Shown: positions 49,957 through 63,317, numbered from the whole stretch's first letter. The stretch is 63,877 nt of DNA, filler included, from Octopus bimaculoides (GCF_001194135.2; 4 parts of 4 records of this genome joined end to end with filler, not necessarily neighbours in it); one strand, 5' to 3'. Numbers and translations: made by a program. Notes: a model not told the origin generated them from the sequence alone.

Positions 49957-50120
49957 TTTACAGAAAGAAGACGAAGACAGGTGTAGGAAAAAACAAGCAC
50001 GTGTATTAATTTAACACTCGGGAAGAATGGAAAAGTCTTTTACATTTCGAGCCTACGATCTTCTACAGAAAAGGTTAGGAGAGTAAAAAAGGAAGGAGAA
50101 CGAATAAAATTGTTGAGAAA
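49957..50120 (-). mobile_element. PLE-type terminal repeat, reverse copy of 21870-22035
   Basis: Minus strand: CTTTT-CTGTAGA-A-GATC-GTAG-GCTC-GAAAT-GTA-AAAG (50073-50037) plus the shared downstream ttcttcccgag...cacctgtcttcgtctt. Confidence 0.75.
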
Positions 50121-50195
50121 GCAAAAACATCGATGAAATAGCCAGAGGAAACCTGAAAGGAAGGGAGATAATGACGGTGACCCGGCTGAACGAAT

Positions 50196-50890
50196 TTATT
50201 CTAAAAATTCCTCCTTCTTAGGGGTAACAGGTTTTACATTTGCATGTTGACAATAACAAGTACTAGAGGTTAGTTTTCTTTATAGATAAGAGGTATGGGT
50301 GTGCGAAGAAAGAGTAATAGATGTATTCCAATAAAATATTCATGACAAGGAATAAGAGTTTGTTTTAAAATGTATCTTAGTTCAATCCTAACTAGAGTCA
50401 CGAAAGTCTAAAAATGCTGTGTAAATTTTATGTTTGAATGAAAAATGACGTTTGGCAATTTGTGAAGTTGCGATAGACTGTTCATTCGAAGAATGGCGAG
50501 CGCTTCTCTTATATATAATTTACACTTGCCTAAGTTAGTGTTATATGAGTTTCGGATCCAATGGACCATTCTAGTGTGTAGTTTCTGTTTTCAGAGTTGA
50601 GCTTGTGGATATACTTAGCATATAAGTATACATGATAAATATATCCACAGCTGTATTTGAAAAAAAAACCTCCTTTTCTTTGTCATGCATATTTCATTGG
50701 AATATATTTAATTCTCATTCTTTCCCCACCCATGCCTCTTATCTATAAAGAAACTAAGCTGTAGTACTTGTCATTGTCAACTTCTAAATATAAAATCTTT
50801 TACCCTGAAGAAGGAGGAATTACTAAATAATGGGTACTTTATCCCCTTATTTTTACCGGTAATTAACCTCTAGAAACGGCCGATGGTACC
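50196..50890. repeat. Diverged inverted pair (50196-50378 / 50650-50831); right arm runs into a hammerhead motif
   Basis: cacccat(a/g)cctcttatctataaagaaa...tagtacttgt(t/c)attgtcaac...ttaccc-ct(a/g)agaaggaggaatt shared in opposite orientations. Confidence 0.8.
50801..50888 (+). ncRNA. Type I hammerhead candidate with extended stem II and a mutated cleavage triplet
   Basis: TACC-CTGAAGA-AGGAGG-AATTAC...GTAATT-AA-CCTCT-A-GAAAC-GGCC-GAT-GGTA: stem I TACC/GGTA, palindromic stem III, GUH replaced by GAT. Confidence 0.55.
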
Positions 50891-52459
50891 CTATTTTAAC
50901 TATTCTAAACTATCTTGACTTTTAATTTCTTTCCGCCTTGTATCTTTTATTTCGCTTTCATCACTACTTCAGACCTTCTTCAATATATTTACGCATACAT
51001 GGATGTTTTAATATAGTTATGTCTACATCTATTAGTTTTTTAATCTTTTAGTTTACATATATATTTTTAGTATATTTATTTATTTATAGATATTTGAAAA
51101 TTGACTATTTATTTATATATTTTTAATGTATCATGTATATACTTGCTCTTTAAATTCATCTGAAATCGGTGTTGGGTTTATGGATTAAATTATCTAGTCT
51201 TACGTTTCTTCATATTATATATTTTTATCTTTTGTCTCAAGTTCCTCTTGAGCACTTCTAAGTGCAAATCTTAACTTTGTGGAGAATTTCATTTGTGTTT
51301 AATTATATTTTTTATCAAAAATAATTATACATACATATACATATATATATNNNNNNNNNNNNNNNNNNNNNNNNNNNNNNNNNNNNNNNNNNNNNNNNNN
51401 NNNNNNNNNNNNNNNNNNNNNNNNNNNNNNNNNNNNNNNNNNNNNNNNNNNNNNNNNNNNNNNNNNNNNNNNNNNNNNNNNNATATATAAGTAGATGAAA
51501 ATGCATGTGTGCTTTAGGTTCTGCTAAGCAATCATGTTAGCGTTGTCTTTTTTGTGGAAATTGGAGTGGTAGTAATACAAAGTTAGTGGATGAAGAAAAA
51601 TAAGGTCTATATTTTTTATATTATCTACTAGTAGATACCGCCTTATTAATATGTATCTTAATTACAAATAGGTTGACGAAAGGGTATACTGTTTTTTTTT
51701 TAAACAAGAATAAGCTCTATTCTGGAAAAGACACACAAACATGTTCAAATTTAACAAAAGCGTTCAAAGCGAGCTTAAATTTTTTACCGTTAATAAGTAA
51801 CGTCTGAGGATAACTAACTCATATTTATAGATGCTTATATTTCTGTTTTCTGGAAAGTGTTTATATCTATCATCATAGGTAACTTGTCATTGTAATTAGA
51901 GAAATAATGACTGAGTATCACTCCTATTGGGAAAATTGCAAGTCAGATGATTGAAACATTTTTAGCTATCATGACGTATTTATTCCACAACTACTTTAGA
52001 GTCATACCTATGCTTTTAGCTCATTTCCATATTAGTTTATGGACATTTAGAATTATTGTTCTATCAATAATTAATATGTTATTCTCATTTATGTAATGGA
52101 AAACTACGTCAGACTTCTTATGTACTAGGTTGAAATATATATATATATATATCGTTATGTTTCATGTACAAAAGCGTGTTTTATTTCTGAAGTATTAACA
52201 AGTAGGTGCCTAAGCGTATGCAGAGTAATTTGGCTGCGTTACAGTGTCTCCAAATATATTTTCTAGGAGCAGTTGTATAATGGCCTGATAAAACGTAATG
52301 AACATTTTCAGAAAGTATTCCGCACAGGCAACATTTTTCATCGCCTTTGTGGATGTGACAATTGTTTTATGTACCCATTGGTATAGGCATCAATGCATTC
52401 ATTAAGGTCATATATGGTTTTGAATTATTCATAAAACCTTTAGATTCTATCAAATATTG

Positions 52460-52670
52460 ATTTCGAATTTTCGCACGGAGCCAGCAATTTCGGGTGTGGG
52501 TGTTAATCGAATACGTCGTCCCCAGTTCTTAACTGGTTGTTATTTTATCGACCCCGAAAGGATGAAAGGCACAGTCGACCTCAGCGGAATTTGAACTTGG
52601 AAAATAAAGATGAATGAAATCTAAGTATTTTGCCCGGCATGCTAACGATCCTACCAGTTCGCCACCTTAA
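52460..52670 (-). mobile_element. SINE family E
   Basis: ttttatcgaccccgaaaggatgaaaggcacagtcgacctcagcggaatttgaac...gctaacgatcctaccagttcgcc. Confidence 0.88.
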
Positions 52671-54196
52671 AATGTTAACCTCGGCGGATTTTGAACTAAT
52701 GTCATGTTGTTATTACTCTTCGTGACGATTGGTTTATTATAGACAAACCTTTGACTCTCCATCTCATAGAAAGATTTCCATGTGAAGCCGAAATCAATCT
52801 CTCAGACGTTATACGTACATTTCCTCAATTGCCGATGTTTGATTATTTTTCAAAACAGTGAAAACTGATTAAATATCAATAAAGATTGATGTCACTTACC
52901 AATCAATTTATGCTCACTGAAAGCACGCAGTATAAGTGAATGACTTCAAATAACGTTGTTTTCCTGCGATGCTAACAGTGAAATAGGGTTCCTAACATGC
53001 GAGGAACTAACCTATAGAGGCTGTAACCAGCTCTAAATTCCCTGGTATTCTGATAAAGTAACATTTTAAATTCAACAACGTTTGCTTTCTACCTGACATG
53101 CGTATGAAACATTCACCTCGCTCCCAATGGCATTGATAGCATGCATACACACGAAGCATCTCATGGGGGTTCACATGAATACAAGAACAAATGTTAGATG
53201 CATGTATAAACTCCAGCAATTTCCTACTGCTATTGATCTAAGCAGGGTACTTTTCCCTATCATGATAAAGAGCAAACATATAAGATGTTATACTTTGAAA
53301 ACTTCTGCAACCTAATAATGGATGAGCAGAATTAAAAATTTTTAATGCATTGGCAAAGAAGCAGAATAGGAAATAGTAGGACAGAGATGCCTGGCTCAGC
53401 ATTATGAGATGATGCGAAAAAATAAATCTTGCAGACTTAAGAAATACACTTGTCTTTGAGTCACATTTATTTTGTAGCATGTGTTATGTGATTTTCGTAG
53501 ATGTTTTCCTATTAGAGCCTGTAGAATGAGGCTCTGTCATATTGCATTCCAGTATAACAGAGCCACGCATCGTTTACTCTCGGATGGACACCTCTCATAT
53601 GATTTTAAATTTATTTATGCTCAAGTAGTTTTAGAAAGGAGTATTATCTTGTTCGTGTATTATCACAACTCTCTTGGCTTTCAAATTCCCTTCCCAGTTT
53701 TACTCGTCTACTTGTCACTCATCTTGCATTTCTCTAGTCACAAAATGATGTTAATCTCATTGCTAAAGCATTTGACAATATTAAGTTTATTCTAAAACTT
53801 ATAAGTATTCACCACATACAATGCTAGATAATATATGAAAATGAGCTCCTAGATAGCAATTGTTCTACCCATCCTAATTTAATATCTCAATTCGGCTCTT
53901 TTTTTTTGTGTGTGTTTTTGTTAGTGTGCGATTGAAATATCTCTGGAGATATTTATGTGAAATTGGAGCTGAAAATGTTTTCGAGGTGTCAGCATAAATT
54001 CTCTGGTAGTTCTGTATCGTAGCTTTGATAAAGTTCAATATACTTATATTAAAATTGATGTATCTCCAGAATTAAGAGAATCCATTCTGGTGGGACCGAA
54101 TAAGGCGCCTTCTTATAATAGGTCCAGTTCCATAACTTATTGTTAGTTTGTAACTTTCCTATCATCGAGAACAGTCACATCAACAAGGAGCTTGCA

Positions 54197-54324
54197 GCTT
54201 ATCCTTCAGAACATGGCTATACACCCTGGCTTATCCTTCAGAACATGGCTATACACCCTGGCTTATCCTTCAGAACATGGCTATACACCCTGGCTTATCC
54301 TTCAGAACATGGCTATACACCCTG
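54197..54324. repeat. Perfect 32-bp x4 minisatellite
   Basis: Unit gcttatccttcagaacatggctatacaccctg at 54197, 54229, 54261 and 54293. Confidence 0.97.
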
Positions 54325-57300
54325 TCTAAATTACATATTTGTCTGGAAATGATCAATTACGTTGCTGGAGTGTATTTTCGAGAGCCCAGTTTAGATCACT
54401 CTTGATAGAAGTTGTTCCTATTTACTTGCGGAATATTGTCATTTCGCCTCTAAGGAGTCCAAATCGGTCAAGATGTTGAAAGTAGCTAGATGTAATCTGT
54501 TAACGCAGCATCTCAAAATATCACCGCCATCAATTTTAAATGTTGTGAATGCCTGCAACCGTCCTTTTCCTTACACTTTCTAAGGAAAGTCAGTTACTGT
54601 AATTACTTTTGGGAAGATGATTTGTTATATTTTTTTTTTCGATTTATATCATTGCAACATACATTTCACATAATCTTCTGATATAAGTATCTTTCAAAAT
54701 GATTCTAATCATTATTACGTGTCTCTGATCTCCTATATGACTACTACATATTTCCCTATATAGAATTAGATGTTGTATTCAAGGTAATGACTTCTCTAAT
54801 AGCATACATTTGAAATCTATTTTCATGTAAGACCTCATTTAAAGCATTCAACTGTATCCAACGGTGTTGACCACTGTTTATACTAAATTTAATGTACTCG
54901 TGAAAGGTATTTTGCTGACGTTTCCAGAAGTATTAATGGCCTGTATGAACGCGATATATCGTTATTTAACCATAATAAACTATATTAATCGCTTGCATAA
55001 ATCAATACTGTATTCTTCTGTGTTAGTAGTGATATTACATCACTCGTTAACGAGTTTCCAAAAGTGTTATTTAGACACAATTTATTTTATTTTAATTACT
55101 ACCGTGCGTCTATTTTAATTTAGATATCCGACCATCTATTTCATGTTCTTGAATTCTAACATCTGTAACCACTACATTTTTTGTTTCAATGGTTATCCTA
55201 GATTGCAGGGAGTAGTCCACGTCAGTTACATCAGTAAATAAAAAAAAAAACGTTTTTATTTGTTACTTCCCTTGTACCATTCTTAAAGAGTATCTCAAGC
55301 TAGGCTGGTTTTGCAGAGAGAGATTTTCAAAAGTCATCCTGTCATTCATAGCAGTTACTATCACTCTACTTGGCAGTTTAGTAAATTGATAGTGCCTGTT
55401 TTCCATGCAGCCACTCTAAATTGGAAAAAATCCTGATAACAGAAGAAATGAATGCAATGGGTATCAAGAAGTTATCTATTAATTGCTTGCATAATATTAA
55501 TACGAATGTTATAAAATCGCTAACATTAACATTGCTGTTATTAATATCCCTATCGCAACGATTATAAATCTTCCATTACGCCCCTCCTTTACAGAGTTAC
55601 AACACAAATGTTAAGCCCATTTCTTTTTTAAATCTCCGGTGCTGGGTTTCATCGGCCGATATCGTATGTTACTGAAAGATTAAGAAGATATATTAACAAT
55701 TTAAGTGACATTATTTATGTTAAATCAAGTATTTGTGTACTAAATATATTACAAAAGAATTATCTTATTGAATTGAACATCGTGATTATGTAAAAGAAAT
55801 AAAATATATACATATATACATATGTATAGAAGCATTTATAGTTTCATATTTCTTCAGATTTCTTACCTGATTATTCCGAAAGAAAAAAAGACAATTACTA
55901 AGGATTGCATTTTCCGGATTTAAAGTCTTCTATATTTAACTAAAACGGGGCAAAACTCGTCTGGATATTAAGATCTTATTGTCAGCTACTTGAAAAAATG
56001 TATATGTGAAATATGCTCATATGCGAAAAATTTAGACATGCAACATTGTGAGTAACCACCTGAAATGTGCCAATTATGATATAGCAGCGATGAAGATTTA
56101 AGAAGTTGCGTAGATGCTATAACGATTGTTGCTGTTGCATGTGCATTATACTTATCGTTATCCTTATTGTTGCTGTGATTACATCTACACTTATTGGTTA
56201 ATCTGTAAATTTTTGATTCCTATGATTGCAAGTTAATGTCGATATGATCCTTTAGGAAGAGAGTAAAGATAACACAACAATAACAAGAACAAATATAAGC
56301 AACCGATCAACAAGCACATACCACTGAACAAGGATAACAAGCGAACAATGATGAGAACATCCTCAAGAAGAAGATTAACAGCAATATTGAGTCTTAATCC
56401 TAATAGTCTTGAAATTATCTTTCCTATTACAATATATTCCATGCCATTCTCAGCATGTAGTCATATTTTGTCCCATACATTCATTTCTTTGTTCACACGC
56501 ATACAGACACACAAACATTAACACACGTATATATACAAACAAAAACACGCCTACATATTTATATACATATATATNNNNNNNNNNNNNNNNNNNNNNNNNN
56601 NNNNNNNNNNNNNNNNNNNNNNNNNNNNNNNNNNNNNNNNNNNNNNNNNNNNNNNNNNNNNTATATATATATATATATGTGTGTGTGTATGTGTGTGTGT
56701 ATGTGTGTGTGTACATATGTGTGTGTGTGTGTGTGGTCTATACATGTGCATACGTGAATTGGTATGGGTGCATGTTGGTGAAAACGTCCCTATATTTGTG
56801 CGTATAAAATTGCGTGTCTGCGAAAAATTCTAATCTACAAGTATGATTTATTTTCACTAACGCCTTAATTTCTCCTAGTTTCTTTTTTATTTCCCTACCT
56901 GGTTCTCCACATATCTTGATTCCAGTTCCTTTCTGTAACATCTGTTTTATTCTCCTGTTCTACTGCTTGCATATCATCCATTATTCTTCTTTCTTTCCCA
57001 CTTTACACACTCCCTCCTCGCTTTCTTTCCTTTCTCTTTTTCCTTATTCTTTCACGGTTCCACCTATCCAAACTGTTCACTTTAAGCCTCTGACTGTTCC
57101 TTCAGTATTCCTGATTTCTTTCTACATTCGTTTTCTATTATCTTCTCACATTTTCTTCCATTCTTTCATCCCATCGATCTTTTCTCATTGCTTTCTCTAT
57201 CGTTAGTTCCCTTCTTCATGTTACTTTGCTGCTGTCCTAAATATATATTTAAGGTGATCTCTCAGTGTGACTGAGTTCAAGTGTGTTAGTATATCTCGAA

Positions 57301-57805
57301 GAATAATAACGTGTTAATATATGACTACATTTTAGTCGATATTATGGGTTGGTGTATAAATTCCTACTATAGCAGTTCATAAATGGATGTGAAAGTCCAA
57401 ATATTAGACAGTTGCTGCATCGTATCCATGCATATTAATGGCCCACCATGAGAGAATATTATATTTATGTGAGTTTCTATGTGTATTTCTGTTTGCTTGC
57501 TAGTAAATTTAAAATGGATGAGTGTCTTTAAACCTGCGTCCGTATCAGATGTGTGCACGCGTGCGTGTTGTGTGTGTGTTTGTGTGCATGGGCAAAGAGT
57601 TTATTGCACATGCTGAAAGGGTCATTAAACAGCAGTCTTAATCATCAAATTAACAACTCAACCGTGTCACATGGTTTTCCTTTTATGCCTTTCGACTTAA
57701 CGTCAGAAGCAAGGAACGATTCAACCAAAAGATAATTCCTTCTCAATGATATTCTCTCCCAACAGTTTAGTGACTTTGGAAGTAAGTTGTATTTCTTACA
57801 AGTAA

Positions 57806-57859
<54 letters not shown>

Positions 57860-58179
57860 AAAGACGAAGAGGTAGAATAGAGTGAGAACTGCATTCAAAG
57901 AGACATACAAAGTAGTACTCAAAGACAATGACAAGCCAACAGTGAGAGGCTGAATGTATAAATAGAGGATAATAAATGGGAAATGGACACGGATAGAGAG
58001 ATAGATTGAGCGAGGATGTATCCAAGTCATAAAAGAGCGAGAAATATATGAAGGTAAGATAGAAGATATGAATATAAAAGAGAGGTAAACAAGGAATGAG
58101 GCTTAAATTAGAAAGAAGATAATGAAAATGAATTTAGAAACATATGAATACATAGAGATACATGCTTAATTATAGACAC

Positions 58180-58235
<56 letters not shown>

Positions 58236-59074
58236 TTATATATATATATACAAAGAAAGAGGGGGAGGGAGAGAGAAACAGGAAGACTGACAGAGAGATA
58301 CACATACAGAGACACAGAGTTAGAGAGACACCGAGACAAAGAAAGAGGGGTCGAGAGAAAGTAAGATAGGAAGACAGCAGACTAGGACAGAAAGTGAGAA
58401 AGAAATTGAAAGAGAAAGACAGAAGTCTTGAAAGAAAACGAGAGAGAAACGTAGAGTATGAGCGTGTATAATACAGAATGCGTTTGAAATAGAAAGTGTA
58501 ATTTAAATATTATTTAAATGAGCTTCAGTGAAAGAGCCTTCAGTGATATTATGGAGAGCCTTGAAAGTCATTGTAAACGTGAAGATTTAAACAGGAACAA
58601 AGCGTGGACAATATGAAGCGACGTTAGGCATGTGATTTCTCTTGAAGTTTGATAATTTAACCGAACAATTAAAACACTTACATGATGAAAAGTGAATGAA
58701 TGTATAGTTAACTGTAGAAAATAAGCCACTTTATCTTTAAATAAAAGGCAGCAAATAGAATGAAAAAAAATCTAAATGCTGAAATTAGATAAAGTATATT
58801 TTTAAGCAGATAAATGAAACGGCAAAGCCTATGTGATTAAAACATTTAGAAGCCATGCTATAACAATTAACTTAACGTAGAGGTAGATGTGGTGATTTAT
58901 ATGCATAAGTTTATATACACATCTAATTTCAAATATATCAAAACATTGGCCATGTGTATTCAAATGTAAGTTAAACAAGAAATTGATATGAGAATGAGTT
59001 TGGGAGTATACATGTGTGCGTTCGGATATATATGTGTGTGTGTGTGTGTGGTGTGTGTGCGTGCGTGCGTGTGT

Positions 59075-59325
59075 GTTGCCGTATACATTCGCTAGCTTTC
59101 TTACAAAAAGATCTAATGCTCTTAGCTTAGACTTTTTTCGAGGCAACCAGATCGAACTGTCTCAAGTGTAACTGCCCGAAACACTTATGACTTCTGGTAC
59201 TTGACTGAGGAAAGAAGGTCACGAATGACCCGTCTTTTTTTGCCTATCCTTCTATTTATTGTTTCTCCTGTCCACCCTTGTATCATCTATCTCTCCGAAT
59301 GCTTTATTATCTTTATTATTTTTTT
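59075..59325 (+). mobile_element. Family G partial copy with rearranged hammerhead
   Basis: GTC (59159-59161)-TCAAG; CCC-GAAAC (59175-59182); CTTGA-CTGAGGA (59200-59211). Confidence 0.7.
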
Positions 59326-59461
59326 TATATTTATATATACATATAACGGAGTACGTACACACCTGTGCACACCTTATAGTAAGTATGTATCTAAACTTTG
59401 TACGACTCTTACTCTATCTTTTAGTCCCCCTCATACATTTTTCCCCTTTTCTTTTTTTCAT

Positions 59462-59529
<68 letters not shown>

Positions 59530-60122
59530 GTTTCTTGGCCATCTCTTTCTTTAACGCCTACTATTTCCCCCTCGTTTATCTCCCCAGCACCTTTCCCTTT
59601 GTCTCTGATTTTTTTTATTCCTTCAATCCAGCTTCCCCTACCCCTCTCTCCTTATTCCTCGTTACCGGTGTCCGTCCAGCCATCATCTTTCTTTCTTGGC
59701 CTGTGCTGACCACCAACACCTCTTATCTCCATCTCCTATGCTCCTGCCTTTATGATTTCACCTAATACACACCAGCTCAATTTGATTCATTCTCAGTCGA
59801 AAGACACCTGTACTTATTTTCTTGTTTGTATTTGTAATTGTGAACCATGTTCTCCGTTTTTTGTCTTTGTTGCCGTACACATTTGCTAGCTTTCTTACAA
59901 AAATCTATAATGCTCTTAGATTTTTGGGGTCAACGAGATCGAACTATCTCAAGTGTAACTGCCCGAAACTGTTATGACTTCTGGTACTTCACTGAGGAAA
60001 GAGGGCCACATATGACCCGTCGTTTCTGCTTGTCCTTCTAATTGTTGTTTGTCCTGTCCTCCTTTGGATCGTCTATCGGTCCGAATGTTTTATTGTCTTC
60101 TATTGCGGATTTGTTCCATTTC
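59530..60122 (+). mobile_element. Family G long copy with degenerate rearranged hammerhead
   Basis: Collinear with 8570-9250; ATC-TCAAG (59946-59953), GCCC-GAAACTGTT (59961-59973), CTTCA-CTGAGGA (59987-59998). Confidence 0.7.
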
Positions 60123-60155
60123 ATATGTTGACAGATACAACCACATACTGTCTTC

Positions 60156-60289
60156 CCGTCGGTTACGATGACCAGAGTTCCAGCTGATCCGATCAACGGA
60201 ACAGCCTTCTCGTGAAATTAAAGTGCAAGTGGCTGAGCACTCCGCAGACGCGCTAACCATTAACGTAGCTCTCGAGGATATCCCTGATA
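60156..60289 (-). mobile_element. SINE family A/B 3' body fragment
   Basis: ccgtcggttacgatg...gttccagctgatccgatcaacggaacagcc...gcaagtggctgagcactcc. Confidence 0.85.
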
Positions 60290-60299
60290 NNNNNNNNNN

Positions 60300-60330
<31 letters not shown>

Positions 60331-60428
60331 CAGAGACAGAGACAGAAAAAGAGAAACAGAGAGACAGAGAGACAGAGACAGAGAAAGTATTATATAAGGC
60401 ATTATATTATATTTTATATATATAAACC

Positions 60429-60780
60429 AGAGTAAGCACATAAATGTGAAACAAGGTAGAATAAATAGTACTCGAATACCAGAGGTAGAGTAATATGCTT
60501 TATTAAAAAACAGCAAAAATATCATAAAAACTGTTATTTAGAGTTCCACGTTCCTATTCGTCGGACAGTTTTGTTTAGAATGAAACGAAAATAAGCTTAT
60601 AAGCAAAAATATACAATTAGATTTAGACACACATATGAAAATAGTTTTGTTTCATTGGTCCTTTCCACTAACGTTCGTTTGAATAAACGGTTGCATGCGA
60701 TAACAAATTGTGGTATAAAGTCATTTTATTATCAAAATCGAAGAAAACCTTATATCAAAAATAGTTTATAAAGAAGGACA
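60429..60780 (-). mobile_element. PLE-type terminal repeat with degenerate type I hammerhead
   Basis: Minus strand 60571-60528: AAACTGT-CCGACGA-ATAGGAACGT-GGAA-CTCTAAAT-A-ACAGTTT (7-bp stem I). Right boundary approximate. Confidence 0.55.
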
Positions 60781-61524
60781 GAGCCTGAATACTCAGGGTA
60801 AATAATTAGATGTAAAAGTTAATCAGATTACATATACGTTTAGCAGTATATACTCAAAGCAAACCATCTATAATATACATAACTAAACATACAGAGGCAG
60901 GTACATGGCTACGTACTTATACAGACATATATAGGCAAGACATAAATATATATAGAAACGCATATATATGTATGAACGCACGCACACGCTTGCGCACAAA
61001 ACCTCCTGGCGTATGCTTATATAAGTTAGTTGTTACAGGCGAAAGGAAGAGAAGGAAAAAAAAAAAGAAAATAGTAGGTAATGGAAAGGAAGAAAACAGT
61101 TGAAAAGAAGAAAATGAAATAAAAAAGAGAAACGGAAATAGAAAATTAGAGAGAGAAAGATAAAAAGATTTACAGGGGTAAAGAGTGTTACGTGATGGCG
61201 TTCGAAAAGTATCCCAACACGATTAGATACTTCGTTTTGCTTGCGCAACGAACATAGAAATGCGCACACGTAAAATTACTTGTATATCTACTGCAAATAT
61301 AAACATATATAGATGCGCGCACAAATATACCAAAAATATGTACGCAAATACTTGCCCATATATATAAAAGTATACCCCCACCCACATATATATNNNNNNN
61401 NNNNNNNNNNNNNNNNNNNNNNNNNNNNNNNNNNNNNNNNNNNATATATATATATATATATATACTCGAATATATGCGCACATTCACTTATATATACATA
61501 CATATGCATACCTACAATACATGA

Positions 61525-63060
61525 ATACACATGCATGTATGCTTATAGGAACTTATGTTTTGCATAATCTGCATCTAGAATTCCCTTTTATAGATGCAGG
61601 TTTATACAGGGATGATGGTGTAATAGTCACCCGTAATTCAAAAGGATATGATTTAAATAAACTTAGTAAGAATCTGATTACTTTCTTCCAAAGAATGCGT
61701 TTACAGATTACGACAGAAAGTAACCTTAATAACGTAGATTTTTAGATATCCACTAAGATTTACAATTAGATAAATTGTAACCCTACCCTAAGCCCAATGA
61801 AAAGCTTTGTTATATTAGCAAAGAATCTAATCATCTACACGTAATTCTTAAGAACCAAGGTAGTAATATAGGAAGGCGAATATCATAAATTTCTGGAGAT
61901 GAGATAGCATTACAAAATGCTGCGCAGTATTACAATAATGCATTAAGGAAAAGTGGATTCTCAGAGAAGATCCAGTATAGTGAAATTAATTCTAGCAATA
62001 ATAGACCACGTAAAACTAGAACTAGGAACGTTTTGTGGTTTAACCCCGCATTTAATATTGCCGTAAAAACTAATCTAGGTAGGGAATTCTTAAAATCAGT
62101 TTCTAAGCATTTTCAATTTAGGCATATTTTTGATAGAATATTTAGTAGGAGAACACTGAAGGTTTGCTATTCTTGTTGCAAAAACTTTGTCTCTTTTATT
62201 AGTCAGCATAACACGAAAATTATTACAGACATCTACAGTGCCGGAGCTAATCTGAGGAACTTCAACCTCAAAGATAAGTCTTGCTCTGTTGAATGGCAAA
62301 TGCCTTGAAAATGGAATTGTGTATAGAGCCAAAGTGCAACTAGATAGCTCTGGAGAATATAAAACATACACAGGGGCTTTGGAAAATTCATTCAAAATTC
62401 GATTCTATTCCCATTGAAATTCTTTCCGATATCCCGAGACCAGGATTGCGACTAGCCTTGCAAAGCATGTCTGGGAATTGAAAGAGAATGACACCCGTCC
62501 TTTCAATGTAAACTGGGAAATTCTAGAAAAAGCATCAGCACACAGACATGGAGCTTATAAAAGACCTATGAAATGTAAATCTTTGCCTCTCGGAAAAGTT
62601 CTTCATCCTGTTCCGGATAAAAATGCTTTGAACCAGAGACGCGGGCTCTTAAATTCCTGCAGGCACGCCGCAAAGCTTAAAATGTCAACCGACAAAATAC
62701 CGTACGGGTAAAAATGTTTTGACTTTCGGAAAATTTTGACTGTCGCATTTGAATTTGACTTTGTATGTTATAGTTATTTTGCTTTGCAATGCCAGTGTAT
62801 ATTTCGACTTCACTTTTAAGCAAGCCTTGGACTGTTTTAAAAATTTAAGCATAAGCTTCGCCGCGGTTTATTTTTATTGTTTACTCACGTATTTAATTTT
62901 TGTTATATCAAAGTAATATACAATTTCCTTATTTTTACATTTTAATGTTATATACAACGGACAGTTTTTTAAAAAAATTGTTTGCAAATATACGTTATGA
63001 TGTATATATTTACCTTGACATTTAGATAGTCCCTATATATTTATGTGTACCTACGTATTG
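61525..63060 (+). mobile_element. Penelope-like retroelement, 5'-truncated within RT (RT C-half, linker, GIY-YIG, 3' UTR), decayed
   Basis: GLYRDDG catalytic motif; ...YPKPNEKLCYISKESNH...; RNVLWFNPAFNIAVKTNLGREFL...KHF...LKVCYSC...HN; NGKCLENGIVYRAKV...KTYTG...FKIRFYSH*NSF...TSLAKHVWELKE...WEILEKA...CNLCLSEKFFIL...NSCRH. Several stops and frameshifts. Confidence 0.93.
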
Positions 63061-63083
63061 TAGGTATGTATATGTGTGTGTGC

Positions 63084-63120
<37 letters not shown>

Positions 63121-63130
63121 NNNNNNNNNN

Positions 63131-63165
<35 letters not shown>

Positions 63166-63317
63166 TGCATATATAAATGTGTATGTATATGTGTATATAC
63201 ATACATATAGTTGGGCATGTATTTGCGCACATATTCTTTGTATATCTGTATGCGTATCTATATGTGTGTATATTTGTATTTAAGTAGATATACATGTAAT
63301 ATTATTCGTTCATTTTA

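Noticed and set aside
50547-50574. Minus-strand CTAGAAT-GGTCC-ATT-GGATCC-GAAACTC hammerhead-like relic
   Set aside because: The core is scrambled and there is no NUH or stem I; at best a dead relic.
54197-54324. 32-bp direct repeats as a CRISPR array
   Set aside because: There are no spacers, the context is eukaryotic and no cas genes are present; it is a plain minisatellite.
62395-62420. In-frame TGA in the PLE endonuclease as possible selenocysteine recoding
   Set aside because: The TGA falls at the H-[R/K]-x-SF position (probable CGA>TGA decay), not at a conserved Cys. The conserved CxLC and CRH cysteines in both long PLE copies are ordinary TGY codons.
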